Origin: Anaerovoracaceae bacterium | GTDB lineage: Bacteria > Bacillota > Clostridia > Peptostreptococcales > Anaerovoracaceae | Assembly: GCA_050946555.1 (NCBI GenBank) | Contig: JBMNVA010000010.1 | Location: 5,825 to 69,824 of the forward strand | Direction of reading: 5' to 3' | DNA length: 64,000 bases | Part shown: in pieces, positions 38,555 to 47,833 of the stretch | Layout: every line of letters starts with the position of its first letter | Position numbering within the stretch: the stretch's first letter is position 1 | The notes under the pieces: generated by a model | Database searches by the model: none | Told to the model about the DNA's origin: nothing | What the model saw: the letters and a program-made list of their open reading frames with translations, nothing else | Made by a program: the position numbers and the translations under genes

Positions 38555-39436
38555 TTATTCCTGTGTCTCGGCTGCTTCCGCTGCCGGAGCTTCCTGCGGT
38601 GCCTCCTGAGGGGCTTCCTGCTTCGGCTCTTCCTTCGGTGCAATGCGCTTCCGCGGATTTACCGCCTTCGGCGCCGTCCGGCGGTCGTTTCTGTCACGAC
38701 GGTCGTTTCTTCTGCGGTCTCTTCTCCCGCCACCTCTGCGGTCACGACGGTCGCGGCGGCCGTTTCCGCCCTGCGCGTCTTCGCGGATCGGGCTCTGCAG
38801 ACCCTTCTCCAGGATCTCGCCGTGGTTGATCCAGACCTTGACGCCGATTCTTCCGTAGGTGGTGTTCGCTTCCGCGAAACCGTAGTCGATGTCAGCTCTC
38901 AGCGTGTGCAGTGGAACGTTGCCTTCACTGTATTTTTCGTTTCTCGCGATCTCCGCGCCGCCGAGTCTTCCGGAGCACAGGACCTTGCAGCCCTTCGCGC
39001 CGGCTTTCATCGTGCGGCCGATCGCCTGCTTCATCGCTCTCCGGAACGAAACACGGTGCTCCAGCGCGTCCGCGATGCTTTCCGCAGTCAGCTGCGCGTC
39101 GAGTTCCGCGCGGCGGACTTCCTCGATCGAGATGTTGAGCTCTTTATCCGTGATCTTCGAGAGCGCTTTCTTCAGCTTTTCGATTTCCTCTCCGTTTCTT
39201 CCGATGACCATGCCAGGACGCGCGGTCAGGATGGAGATCTTCATCTTATTCTCCGCCGGCCGTTCGATCAGCACTTTGGAGACGCCTGCGGTATAGAGGC
39301 TCTTCTTGATGAATTTTCTGATCTTGTCGTCTTCCGCGAGGAATTCGGCAAAATGATCCTTGTCTGCGTACCATTTGGAGTCCCAGTCTTTGATAACTCC
39401 TACTCTGAACCCATGCGGGCTAACTTTCTGACCCAT
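38555..39436 (-). CDS. rpsC: 30S ribosomal protein S3 with a long Arg/Asp-rich C-terminal extension
   Basis: [24 protein letters not shown]... (KH and S3-C domains), followed by a ~80-aa tail [27 protein letters not shown]...[26 protein letters not shown]. Confidence 0.95.
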   Translation of the reverse strand: MGQKVSPHGFRVGVIKDWDSKWYADKDHFAEFLAEDDKIRKFIKKSLYTAGVSKVLIERPAENKMKISILTARPGMVIGRNGEEIEKLKKALSKITDKELNISIEEVRRAELDAQLTAESIADALEHRVSFRRAMKQAIGRTMKAGAKGCKVLCSGRLGGAEIARNEKYSEGNVPLHTLRADIDYGFAEANTTYGRIGVKVWINHGEILEKGLQSPIREDAQGGNGRRDRRDRRGGGRRDRRRNDRRDRNDRRTAPKAVNPRKRIAPKEEPKQEAPQEAPQEAPAAEAAETQE

Positions 39437-39447
39437 CTATGAACCTC

Positions 39448-39786
39448 CTAATCTTCCTTCTCCCTGAGAGTCACGCCGACGTGGCTGGATCTCTTCAGGA
39501 TCATTGATGCTCTGCCCTGCGCACCGGCTCTCCAGCGTTTCATCGTCGGGCCCTGGTTCGCATAGATCTCTGCAACGTATAAATTATCCGGGTTCATGTC
39601 GAAGTTGTTCTCAGCGTTTGCCGCTGCCGACTGAACGACTTTTTCTACGATTTCCGCACCCTTTCCAGGTGTGAACTTGAGAATGTTCAGTGCCTCGCTC
39701 AAGTCTTTCCCTCTTACCAGATCTGTAACAGGTTTCAGCTTAATAGGAGACATTCTGACATACTTTGCAACTGCTTTTGCTTCCAT
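39448..39786 (-). CDS. rplV: 50S ribosomal protein L22
   Basis: MEAKAVAKYVRMSPIKLKPVTDLVRGK. Confidence 0.97.
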   Translation of the reverse strand: MEAKAVAKYVRMSPIKLKPVTDLVRGKDLSEALNILKFTPGKGAEIVEKVVQSAAANAENNFDMNPDNLYVAEIYANQGPTMKRWRAGAQGRASMILKRSSHVGVTLREKED

Positions 39787-39801
39787 TTTTTATCTCCTTT
39801 A

Positions 39802-40074
39802 CTATTTTGCTTTCTTATCAGCGGCATGGCCTCTGTAAGTCCTGGTAGGAGCGAACTCGCCCAGCTTGTGGCCGACCATTTCTTCGGTGATATAGACCGG
39901 AACGTGCTTTCTGCCGTCGTGGACCGCGATCGTGTGTCCGATCATCTGAGGAAAAATCGTGGACGACCTGGACCAGGTCTTCAATACTTTCTTCTCGTTT
40001 GCCGCGTTGAGGTCTTCGATCCTCTTCAGCAGTTTTTTATCGACGAAAGGGCCTTTTTTAACGGATCTGCTCAT
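39802..40074 (-). CDS. rpsS: 30S ribosomal protein S19
   Basis: [23 protein letters not shown]...[35 protein letters not shown]. Confidence 0.97.
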   Translation of the reverse strand: MSRSVKKGPFVDKKLLKRIEDLNAANEKKVLKTWSRSSTIFPQMIGHTIAVHDGRKHVPVYITEEMVGHKLGEFAPTRTYRGHAADKKAK

Positions 40075-40088
40075 TATGATCTCCCCTC

Positions 40089-40922
40089 CTATTTGTCATT
40101 TCTTCTCTTTACGATGTATTTGCTGGACGGATTCTTCTTCTTCCGGGTCTTGTATCCCAGGGTCGGTTTGCCCCAAGGAGTGACCGGGCTCTTCCGTCCG
40201 ACCGGTGCACGGCCTTCACCACCGCCATGCGGATGGTCGTTCGGGTTCATGACAGAACCTCTGACGTGCGGCCGGACGCCCATGTGGCGTTTTCTGCCGG
40301 CCTTTCCGATCTGGATATTCGAGTGGTCGCCGTTTCCGACCTCTCCGATCGTTGCTCTGCACACCTGGAGGACGTTTCTCAGTTCTCCAGAAGGGAGACG
40401 GAGCAGTGCGTATTTTCCTTCTTTTGCCATCAGCTGCGCGCCGTTTCCTGCGGAGCGTACCAGCTGTCCGCCTTTGCCCGGCTTCATCTCGATGTTGTGG
40501 ACGATCGTACCGACCGGGATCTCCGAAAGCGGAAGTGCGTTTCCGACGGTGATGTCCGCGCCGGTTCCGGAAATGATCTCATCTCCGACGTTCAGGCCTT
40601 CCGGCGCGAGGATGTAGGATTTCTCTCCATCCTTGTAGCAGATCAGCGCGATGTTCGCGGAACGGTTCGGATCGTACTCGATGGCCTTGACGGTCGCCGG
40701 GATCCCATCCTTGTTTCTTTTGAAATCGATGATCCGGTATTTCGGACGGACGCCGCCGCCTTTATGACGGACGGTGATCTTGCCGCGGTTGTTTCTTCCC
40801 GCGTGCTTCTTCAGTGTGGTGGTCAAAGCCTTTTCCGGCTTTTTCTTCGTGATCTCCTCAAATGTCGAACCCGTCATTCCTCTGAGACCCGGGGATGTCG
40901 GGTTGTATTTCTTAATTGCCAT
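40089..40922 (-). CDS. rplB: 50S ribosomal protein L2
   Basis: [16 protein letters not shown]...[15 protein letters not shown]...[14 protein letters not shown]. Confidence 0.97.
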   Translation of the reverse strand: MAIKKYNPTSPGLRGMTGSTFEEITKKKPEKALTTTLKKHAGRNNRGKITVRHKGGGVRPKYRIIDFKRNKDGIPATVKAIEYDPNRSANIALICYKDGEKSYILAPEGLNVGDEIISGTGADITVGNALPLSEIPVGTIVHNIEMKPGKGGQLVRSAGNGAQLMAKEGKYALLRLPSGELRNVLQVCRATIGEVGNGDHSNIQIGKAGRKRHMGVRPHVRGSVMNPNDHPHGGGEGRAPVGRKSPVTPWGKPTLGYKTRKKKNPSSKYIVKRRNDK

Positions 40923-40940
40923 GTTCGTCAGCCTCCTCTG

Positions 40941-41231
40941 TTACAGCGTCGAGAAGAACTCGATCTCTTTGCTGTCTTCTGTCAGCGTAACGACTGCCTT
41001 TTTATAAGAGGAAGTCGTTCCGACGTTTCTTCCCAATCTTTTCTTTTTGCCGTTTACGTTCACGACGTTGACCTTTTTGACCGTGACGTCAAAGATTTCT
41101 TCGACGGCGTGTTTGATCTCGGTCTTGTTCGCGTCTGTCGCGACTTTAAACGTGTACTTCTTGTCCGGAGCCTGATCCATGCTCTTTTCGCTGATTACCG
41201 GCTTCAGGATCACATCGTATGCTGATCTCAT
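40941..41231 (-). CDS. rplW: 50S ribosomal protein L23
   Basis: [17 protein letters not shown]...[26 protein letters not shown]. Confidence 0.95.
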   Translation of the reverse strand: MRSAYDVILKPVISEKSMDQAPDKKYTFKVATDANKTEIKHAVEEIFDVTVKKVNVVNVNGKKKRLGRNVGTTSSYKKAVVTLTEDSKEIEFFSTL

Positions 41232-41854
41232 TAGATGTACACCTCCTCGATCTTATCAATGGCTTCCTTCGTCACGATGAAGCTTGTGTAGTTCAGGATC
41301 TCATAAACGTTCATCGTTGTCGCGAGGACGGTCTTGACTCCCGGGATGTTGGATGCGGAGCGGATGACGTTGTCATCGACGTCGGCCGTAACGATGAGGG
41401 CCTTGTCCGCAGCCTTGATGTTTTCCAGTGTCCTGACCATGTCCTTGGTCTTCGGAGCGTCAAACTTGAGCTCGTCGAGTACGATGATCTCCCCGTCCTG
41501 CACCTTCGAGGAAAGCGCGGACTTCATTGCGAGCCGCTTCACTTTCTTCGGGACCTTGTAGCTGTAATCCCTCGGCTTCGGTGCGAAGACGATACCACCG
41601 CCGATCTGCGACGGGTCGGTGGAGCTTCCCTGTCTGTGGCGGCCGGTTCCCTTCTGACGGAACGGCTTTCTGCCTCCTCCTCTAACTTCGCCTCTTGTCT
41701 TAGCAGACTGAGTGCCCTGTCTCTGATTGGCAAGATAATTCTTCACCACTTCATGGACAGCATTTTCATTCGGTTCGATGCCGAAAATTTCATCTTTCAG
41801 ATCGATGGTCCCGGTTTCTTCACCGGCCATGTTGAGCATCTTTACTGTTGCCAT
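41231..41854 (-). CDS. rplD: 50S ribosomal protein L4
   Basis: [45 protein letters not shown]. Confidence 0.97.
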   Translation of the reverse strand: MATVKMLNMAGEETGTIDLKDEIFGIEPNENAVHEVVKNYLANQRQGTQSAKTRGEVRGGGRKPFRQKGTGRHRQGSSTDPSQIGGGIVFAPKPRDYSYKVPKKVKRLAMKSALSSKVQDGEIIVLDELKFDAPKTKDMVRTLENIKAADKALIVTADVDDNVIRSASNIPGVKTVLATTMNVYEILNYTSFIVTKEAIDKIEEVYI

Positions 41855-41876
41855 CTGCGATTCCTCCTTTCTCAGT

Positions 41877-42515
41877 CTACTTGCTTTCCTGTCCCTTGAC
41901 CGCGTACCGGATCTTCAGCAGGCTGCCGTTTCCGCCCGGGACCGCGCCCTTGACAAGCATCAGGTTTCTGTCGGTATCGACTTTGACTAATTTTACGTTC
42001 TGGATCGTGACGGTGTCGCGGCCCATGCGTCCGGATTCCTTGTTTCCAGGGAAGACACGGGACGGATATGTCGCTGCCGCCAGGCCGCCGGCCAGTCTCT
42101 TGTGCTTGGAGCCGTGGCCCATCGGTCCTCTGTGCTGTCCGTAGCGTTTGATCGGACCCTGCGTTCCTTTTCCTTTGGAGACGCCGGTGATGTCGAGCTT
42201 GCTGCCCTCTTCAAAATCCGCTACGGTGATGACCTGTCCGAGTTCGTAGGTCTCGCCCTCTCCCGGATGGAACTCTGCGAGATGCTTTTTCGGCGTCGTG
42301 CCGCTCTTCTCGAAGTGGCCGGTCATCGGCTTGTTGACTCTCTGCGGTTTCTGATCTTCGAAACCAACCTGGATCCCGTCATAGCCGTCCGTTTCGACGG
42401 TCTTGATCTGGGTGACCGTCTCCGGTCCCGCTTCGATGACGGTTACAGGAATAACTTCTCCGGATTCTGCGAAAATCTGGGTCATTCCGATTTTCTTTCC
42501 TAAAATAGTTTTCAT
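41877..42515 (-). CDS. rplC: 50S ribosomal protein L3
   Basis: ILGKKIGMTQIFAESGEVIPVTVIEAGP...GKGTQGPIKRYGQHRGPMGHGS. Confidence 0.97.
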   Translation of the reverse strand: MKTILGKKIGMTQIFAESGEVIPVTVIEAGPETVTQIKTVETDGYDGIQVGFEDQKPQRVNKPMTGHFEKSGTTPKKHLAEFHPGEGETYELGQVITVADFEEGSKLDITGVSKGKGTQGPIKRYGQHRGPMGHGSKHKRLAGGLAAATYPSRVFPGNKESGRMGRDTVTIQNVKLVKVDTDRNLMLVKGAVPGGNGSLLKIRYAVKGQESK

Positions 42516-42617
42516 ATAGTTTTTCTCCTTTTAAATTACTTACAGCGGTGAAGCCCCGGTTTCGGACCCCTTCCTGAAGGGTCCGGCCCTGAACATCACA
42601 TTCTAAGGGAGAATCCC

Positions 42618-42929
42618 TTACAGTTTGATCTCGATGTCGACTCCTGCCGGCATGTCGAGCTTCGTCAGCGCGTCGGTCGTCTGGATCGTCGCGTTCGTGA
42701 TGTCGATCAGTCTCTTGTGCGTTCTCTGCTCAAACTGCTCACGGCTGTCCTTGTACATGTGGACAGCACGAAGGATCGTCACGACTTCCTTCTCGGTCGG
42801 CAGAGGGATCGGGCCGGACACATCCGCGCCGGTCTTCTTCGCGGTCTCGACGATCTTCGCCGCAGACTGATCCAGCAGAGCATGGTCATAGGCCTTGAGT
42901 CTGATTCTGATTTTCTGTAATTCGCTCAT
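42618..42929 (-). CDS. rpsJ: 30S ribosomal protein S10
   Basis: Start at [35 protein letters not shown] (AGGAGG 6 nt upstream). The track start at 42947 adds 6 unlikely codons. Confidence 0.95.
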   Translation of the reverse strand: MSELQKIRIRLKAYDHALLDQSAAKIVETAKKTGADVSGPIPLPTEKEVVTILRAVHMYKDSREQFEQRTHKRLIDITNATIQTTDALTKLDMPAGVDIEIKL

Positions 42930-43171
42930 TTTTTCCTCCTGTTTCATTTTGTACTCTTTTCGCTATTCTCGTACAGGGAGTCCATCATGTTGATTTTCCT
43001 GCGTTTCCCGGTTTCCCGGTGCTTGCACACGCTTCCGTGCGTTTTCATATTTTTCGGCACAAAACAAAAATCAGCGAACTCCTTCGCCCCTGTCCGGCAG
43101 GGACAATTCTCGGCGGAAATTACCTGATAGCTCAGCAACTTCCCGCTTCTTCGCCTTTCGCAAGCCTTTAA

Positions 43172-43200
43172 AGTATATCTCAGAAGACGCTTCAATGCAA
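43172..43200 (-). promoter_or_regulatory. sigma-A type promoter of the S10-spc-alpha cluster
   Basis: Minus strand has TTGCAT (43200-43195), a 17-nt spacer, then TATACT (43177-43172). It is preceded by a long A/T tract (UP-like). Confidence 0.55.
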
Positions 43201-43372
43201 CACTTTTTTTATTTTTTTTCGGGAACTTTTCGCCTGATCCGACGCCCGAAAACATTCATTTCCCGCCCTTTCTCATCCGCCAGCACGTCCACTTACCCAC
43301 GCGTTTTCATGTCAGGGACGACAAAAGGAAAACGAGCCGCCTTTCAGCACTCCCGCCATAGGAAAATAAGAC

Positions 43373-43401
43373 TGTTTAATACCGTATTTATATGGTATAA
43401 A
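43373..43401 (+). promoter_or_regulatory. extended -10 promoter with an overlapping palindrome upstream of desulfoferrodoxin
   Basis: TGgTATAAA at 43393-43401. The inverted repeat ATACC-N10-GGTAT (43379-43398) overlaps it. Confidence 0.4.
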
Positions 43402-43456
43402 ATGAGTAAGTTACATTGCGAAGGAAAAAGAGCCATGTGCTCGAAGGAGGATCAAT

Positions 43457-43834
43457 ATGTTACAGATTTACAAATGCGACATCTGCGGAAACATCTTCAT
43501 CGTAGGATACAAATCCGCAGCGACGCCGCAGTGCTGCGGCCAGCCGATGACACTCGTTGAACCGAACACAGTCGACGCCGCTCAGGAAAAACACGTTCCT
43601 GTCGTGACCGTCAACGGTGACAAAGTCGAGGCCAAGGTCGGAAGCGTAGAACACCCGATGACCGATGAGCATTACATCGCGAGCATCATTCTCGAAACAG
43701 ACCGCAGCCTCCAGGTGAAGTACATGAGACCGACCGACAAACCGGAAGCGTCGTTCGTCGTCGCACCGGGCGAGAAGCCGGTTGCCGTCTATGAGTACTG
43801 CACACTGCACGGACTTTGGAAAGCAGACATCTAA
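43457..43834 (+). CDS. dfx: desulfoferrodoxin (class I superoxide reductase)
   Basis: 125 aa. N-terminal desulforedoxin-like CDICGN...PQCCGQPM, plus a neelaredoxin domain (EKHVPV...EHPM...H...C.LHGLW). Confidence 0.92.
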   Translation: MLQIYKCDICGNIFIVGYKSAATPQCCGQPMTLVEPNTVDAAQEKHVPVVTVNGDKVEAKVGSVEHPMTDEHYIASIILETDRSLQVKYMRPTDKPEASFVVAPGEKPVAVYEYCTLHGLWKADI

Positions 43835-43877
43835 TCCGTTAAATAAAAAAGAACAGCGGTCGACGGGCCGCTAACAG

Positions 43878-43907
43878 CAGGGCTGCCGCAGCGATGCGGC
43901 AGCCCTG
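43878..43907. terminator. hairpin between convergent dfx and the kinase gene
   Basis: cagggctgccgca-gcga-tgcggcagccctg. The T-tract is only weak (gttcgtcatttc). Confidence 0.5.
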
Positions 43908-43948
43908 TTCGTCATTTCTTACATTATTAACAGATCCGGCAGCGGGAA

Positions 43949-45613
43949 TCAGCGCATGAAGATGCTCCCGCCGATGAACTCCCGGATGATCGAGTTGTTC
44001 ACGATCACATCGTCGTCATCGTATTCATCGAAATAATCCAGGAAGCCGAGCATCCGGACCGCCTCGGCATATTCCGGCTCGTCCGGGCCGATCTTCTGGA
44101 GCAGCGGCTCCGCGTACTTCTTCAGCACCGGGATCTCGTAATCGTGATAGGAGTTGAACAGCACATCCGCCTCGCCGCTGTACGGAAAGATATTTTTGTC
44201 CTCCCCGGCGCGCACCTTCGGCCATTCATTGATCGTCATCTTCGCGTCATGCCCGCGGAACTGGCTGTCCCGGACCAGCCGGCGCAGCATCCGTTCGTCG
44301 GTGGACGGGATACGGTTGTACTCGTCGATGTTCGTCTGCGTCAGCGGGCTGATATAGATCTTGAACTTCTCCTCATGCGGGATCGATTTCGTCAGTTCTT
44401 CGTTCAGGCCGTGGATCCCTTCGATCACGATCGGCTGGTTCGGCCGGACGGAAGTGATCCTTTTGCCAAAGTGTTTCTCACCGGAGAGAAAGTCGAACGT
44501 CGGCAGGTCGACCGTTTTCCCGGCCAGAAGGTCGTTCATGTTCTGATTGAACAGATCGATGTCGATCGCGTCCAGTCCTTCATAGTTCGGCTCGCCGTTC
44601 TCATCAAGCGGGGTGTCCTTCCGGTCCACAAAATAGTCATCCGTCCCGAGGTACAGCGGATGGAGTCCGATGACGCGGAGCTGGATGCACAGCCGTCTCG
44701 CGAACGTCGTCTTCCCGGATGAAGACGGGCCGGCGATCAGGACGATCCTTTTTTTCTCCTGCTTGATGCGGTCCGCGATCTCCGCCACCTTTTTCTCATG
44801 GAGCGCCTCGGAAAGCTGAATGAGATCCAGATACTCCCCGTTCGCGATCTTCTCGTTCAGGTCCGACACATAGCTCACCCCGAGCAGCCGGTCCCAGATC
44901 GTCTGCTCACCGAACGCCTTGTACAGCTCGGCTTCGTCATCGAACGGCGGGATCTTGTCCGGCTCCTCCGGTTTCGGGAAGCGGACCAGCACGCCTCTCC
45001 GGTACTTCATCAGTTCAAAATACTGCACGTACCCGGTGGACGGCGCCATCAGGCTGTAGCTCATGGTCTTCGTATTGTCCAGCCCGTAGAACTTCAGGTT
45101 CGTCAGCCTCGGGTTCATCTCCACGAGGCGGACCTTCTCCTCTTCGCCCTGCCGCTGCAGTTCACGGATCCCTTTGTCCCGGTCCATATATTCCTTGACG
45201 ATCGGAAGATCCTCGTCGACGAGGACCCGCATGCGGTCCTCGATCTTTCCGACCTGCTCGGCATCGAGCACGCCGGCGCCCTTGATTTCCGTGTAGAGCC
45301 CCTGGTTCAGAGAGTTCTCGATCTCGACGCGCACATCGCCGAGCACCTGCCGGCAGGCCGCGATGTAGATCAGACTCAGGCTGTGCTGATAGACGTACGC
45401 CGCTTCCTGATTTCTCATGTCCAGCAGCTCGACGCTGCACTCTTCCGTTAAAGAGTAACGGAGTCCTTCATATTTATTATTCACCTTTGCGGAAAGCACC
45501 GTGTACGGCAGCGTTTCCGCCCGGTCCTGATACAGTTTCTCGATCGATGTCCCGCGTTTGATGTCGATCTCCTCGAAATCGCCGCGCGGGTCGGTTTTCA
45601 GCCGGATTTTCAT
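43949..45613 (-). CDS. uridine kinase family / nucleoside kinase-like ATPase with a long N-terminal domain
   Basis: P-loop LIAGPSSSGKTTFARRL followed by a uridine-kinase-like DDYF...NYEGLDAIDIDLF segment. Start at MKIRLK (AGGAGG 7 nt upstream). Confidence 0.8.
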   Translation of the reverse strand: MKIRLKTDPRGDFEEIDIKRGTSIEKLYQDRAETLPYTVLSAKVNNKYEGLRYSLTEECSVELLDMRNQEAAYVYQHSLSLIYIAACRQVLGDVRVEIENSLNQGLYTEIKGAGVLDAEQVGKIEDRMRVLVDEDLPIVKEYMDRDKGIRELQRQGEEEKVRLVEMNPRLTNLKFYGLDNTKTMSYSLMAPSTGYVQYFELMKYRRGVLVRFPKPEEPDKIPPFDDEAELYKAFGEQTIWDRLLGVSYVSDLNEKIANGEYLDLIQLSEALHEKKVAEIADRIKQEKKRIVLIAGPSSSGKTTFARRLCIQLRVIGLHPLYLGTDDYFVDRKDTPLDENGEPNYEGLDAIDIDLFNQNMNDLLAGKTVDLPTFDFLSGEKHFGKRITSVRPNQPIVIEGIHGLNEELTKSIPHEEKFKIYISPLTQTNIDEYNRIPSTDERMLRRLVRDSQFRGHDAKMTINEWPKVRAGEDKNIFPYSGEADVLFNSYHDYEIPVLKKYAEPLLQKIGPDEPEYAEAVRMLGFLDYFDEYDDDDVIVNNSIIREFIGGSIFMR

Positions 45614-45640
45614 AACGTATCCTCCTTGCAAGTCACCCCG

Positions 45641-45669
45641 ATTATAGCATCATAAGCAGAATTTGACAA
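45641..45669 (-). promoter_or_regulatory. sigma-A type promoter for the kinase gene
   Basis: Minus strand has TTGTCA (45669-45664), a 17-nt spacer, then the extended -10 TGcTATAAT (hexamer at 45646-45641). Confidence 0.55.
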
Positions 45670-45794
45670 AAGAAAACGTTCTGAATTTTCCGGCTGTATT
45701 TCCCGACGTTCACACGGCTCGTAAGAGGGCGCTCCGCCGTTGATTTTCTCAGAACGGCATGCTCTCTTCCTAAGCAAAGCCTTTCTTTTTCTCT

Positions 45795-45842
45795 TAATAA
45801 AAGGAAACTGCCGTCCGGGCTGGATATGCCCGGTACGGCAGT
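45795..45842 (-). terminator. intrinsic terminator after the FAD-oxidoreductase gene
   Basis: Minus strand reads actgccgtaccgggc-atatcca-gcccggacggcagt followed by ttccttttatt. Confidence 0.75.
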
Positions 45843-45890
45843 CTCCCTTAAGGTATCGTAACTGTAATCAGCTGATATCGGAATGAAGAA

Positions 45891-47708
45891 CTACAATACA
45901 TCTACGCCGTTCTCGATCACATCCTGGAACTTTTCTTTTAATTCACCCAGGTGGTTCTGATAGATCCCGCGCGGCATCGTATTGTATTTTTTGCACAGGT
46001 TGACCGCGATTCCGACCGCGATCCCGTGCTGCCCGCCATTCCCCATCTCTTTCACGACCGAGGAGGCGATGTGCGTCGCACTGATGTGCTTGCCGACACA
46101 GAAAAGGTTGTCGACGTCAGCGGAGTAGAGGCAGCGATATGGTACATCGAACGGTTTCCCGTCGCGCACATCCCAGTTCCAGCTTCCCAGACGGAAATCG
46201 TACTTCGGATTCCCCGGGTAGTGCAGGCAGAATGCGGTGGAATTACTCACAAACGCGTCTGCGAAGTACGTATGATCGCGGATCTCTTTTTCCGTTAAGA
46301 TATGATCTCCCACGTACCGTCTGAAACCGCCGGTCGCCAGCTGATACGTCAGGTGGGAAAGTTTCAGGTTCCCGTATTTCTCCGGATCCTTGCGGCGGAC
46401 ATTATCATACGTTCCGATAATGGCGCGCAGCATGTGATCGCGGATCTCTTCCTCATCGACATACGGATCGAGCCACTGTCCGTATTCCCAGAAATGTGTC
46501 TTGGACAGGCTCATCGGGTTTACCCACGTGCCGTCCGGATTGCGATGAGGCTTCGGTTTTTCCGGGCCGATGTAAGGCCCCGGCTGGTTTTCGTACGGTC
46601 CCTGTCCATTCAGACTGGTGACATAACCGATCTGACCATTCAGATCCATATGATCGCCCGCGATCTCCGTCGCCCACGGAACCTCCGGGAAATCAACAGG
46701 ACCGTCTGCTTCTTCCGTCCGGAAGAAAACGGTATTCCCGTGATGCATGTCATCTGCCTTTTCCGGCGCCAGACTTTCACCATAATCAGATTTCGCTTCT
46801 TCTCCTCCGGAAGTCGCGGCTCCTGTGAGCAGTGCCAGCTGTGCACGACCCGAACCATCGATAAAATAGGAAGCTTTGAAACGCCGTTCCACGCTTGTCC
46901 GCGCATTGCGGCTGTCAACAGCGAGGATCCGGCTTCCGTCCATGACCGCGTGGAAGACCTGTTCTTCCATGAAAAGGCTGACATTCGGCATCCCGGACAG
47001 GATCTTCGCCGCGCCGATATCCCCGTCTTCCTGACGTTCCGCGATCGCGTCGACAATCGGCCCTCTCGTTCCTTCCGGTACAAGACCGAGTTCCTTGCTG
47101 CCATTTCCTCCGAGGTAAGGACGATTATGCAGGACTGCTACACTGCATCCCGCTTTCGCCGCGATGTAAGCGGCAGTGCATCCCGGGACCCCTCCGCCGA
47201 CAACGACGACATCATACGTTCCACCGTCGACCGGGTCCGCTCCCAGGTGAAGCAGGCGTTTTCTCCAGGCGCGCGCCGCATAATCCGGTTTCTCCGGCGG
47301 GCAGATCGTGGTGTTCGTGATGTAGATCGCATCGCACCTTCCGTCAAATCCCGTCAGATCATGGAGCGCGACCTTGACCGTTCCTGCCGGAAGCTGGACG
47401 TGTTCCACCAGCTGCCAGGACCAGTCCTTTCCGTTCGTCCCGAACGTCACATCGAGCGGTTTGTCATTGAACAGGATCTGGAACTGACCCGGATGATATT
47501 CCGGGACCCAGTCCTTGGATCTGACCCATACACGATACTCACCGGTTTCCGGTATCATTACGTTCGTTACCGCGTCCTCGCACGGCACACCGATTCCATG
47601 GGCAAGCAGATAAGGCGACCCCATCTCATCTTCAAACTGCGAATCCAGCGACCATCCGCCGTAATCCATAAAATGTTCCGCTTCCAGCAGGCATTCGAAT
47701 CTTTCCAT
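45891..47708 (-). CDS. FAD-dependent oxidoreductase with an N-terminal ~150-aa beta-sandwich-like domain
   Basis: 605 aa. Rossmann dinucleotide motif YDVVVVGGGVPGCTAAYIAAKAG. AGGAGG RBS. Substrate unknown. Confidence 0.8.
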   Translation of the reverse strand: MERFECLLEAEHFMDYGGWSLDSQFEDEMGSPYLLAHGIGVPCEDAVTNVMIPETGEYRVWVRSKDWVPEYHPGQFQILFNDKPLDVTFGTNGKDWSWQLVEHVQLPAGTVKVALHDLTGFDGRCDAIYITNTTICPPEKPDYAARAWRKRLLHLGADPVDGGTYDVVVVGGGVPGCTAAYIAAKAGCSVAVLHNRPYLGGNGSKELGLVPEGTRGPIVDAIAERQEDGDIGAAKILSGMPNVSLFMEEQVFHAVMDGSRILAVDSRNARTSVERRFKASYFIDGSGRAQLALLTGAATSGGEEAKSDYGESLAPEKADDMHHGNTVFFRTEEADGPVDFPEVPWATEIAGDHMDLNGQIGYVTSLNGQGPYENQPGPYIGPEKPKPHRNPDGTWVNPMSLSKTHFWEYGQWLDPYVDEEEIRDHMLRAIIGTYDNVRRKDPEKYGNLKLSHLTYQLATGGFRRYVGDHILTEKEIRDHTYFADAFVSNSTAFCLHYPGNPKYDFRLGSWNWDVRDGKPFDVPYRCLYSADVDNLFCVGKHISATHIASSVVKEMGNGGQHGIAVGIAVNLCKKYNTMPRGIYQNHLGELKEKFQDVIENGVDVL

Positions 47709-47833
47709 TTAGATACCTCCTTTTCAGAGCTCCTCTTTCGATTCCATTAAGCGCTCTGACACATTGCTGAAATAATGACTTATACTTTCCTCTTGCTTCG
47801 GATGTTCGTTCAATCAAACCTTTACAAGGTTTT

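Noticed and set aside
38530-38643. N-terminal 38-codon extension of the rplP ORF ([15 protein letters not shown]...)
   Set aside because: It overlaps the rpsC tail in another frame. The canonical L16 start MLMPKRVKH occurs at 38529. The extension is a frame artefact of the Arg-codon-rich region. Similar upstream extensions were trimmed for the ORFs at 20-850, 514-1998, 2276-2824, 10077-11195, 16776, 35689, 42947, 45631, 53911, 55146 and 58482.
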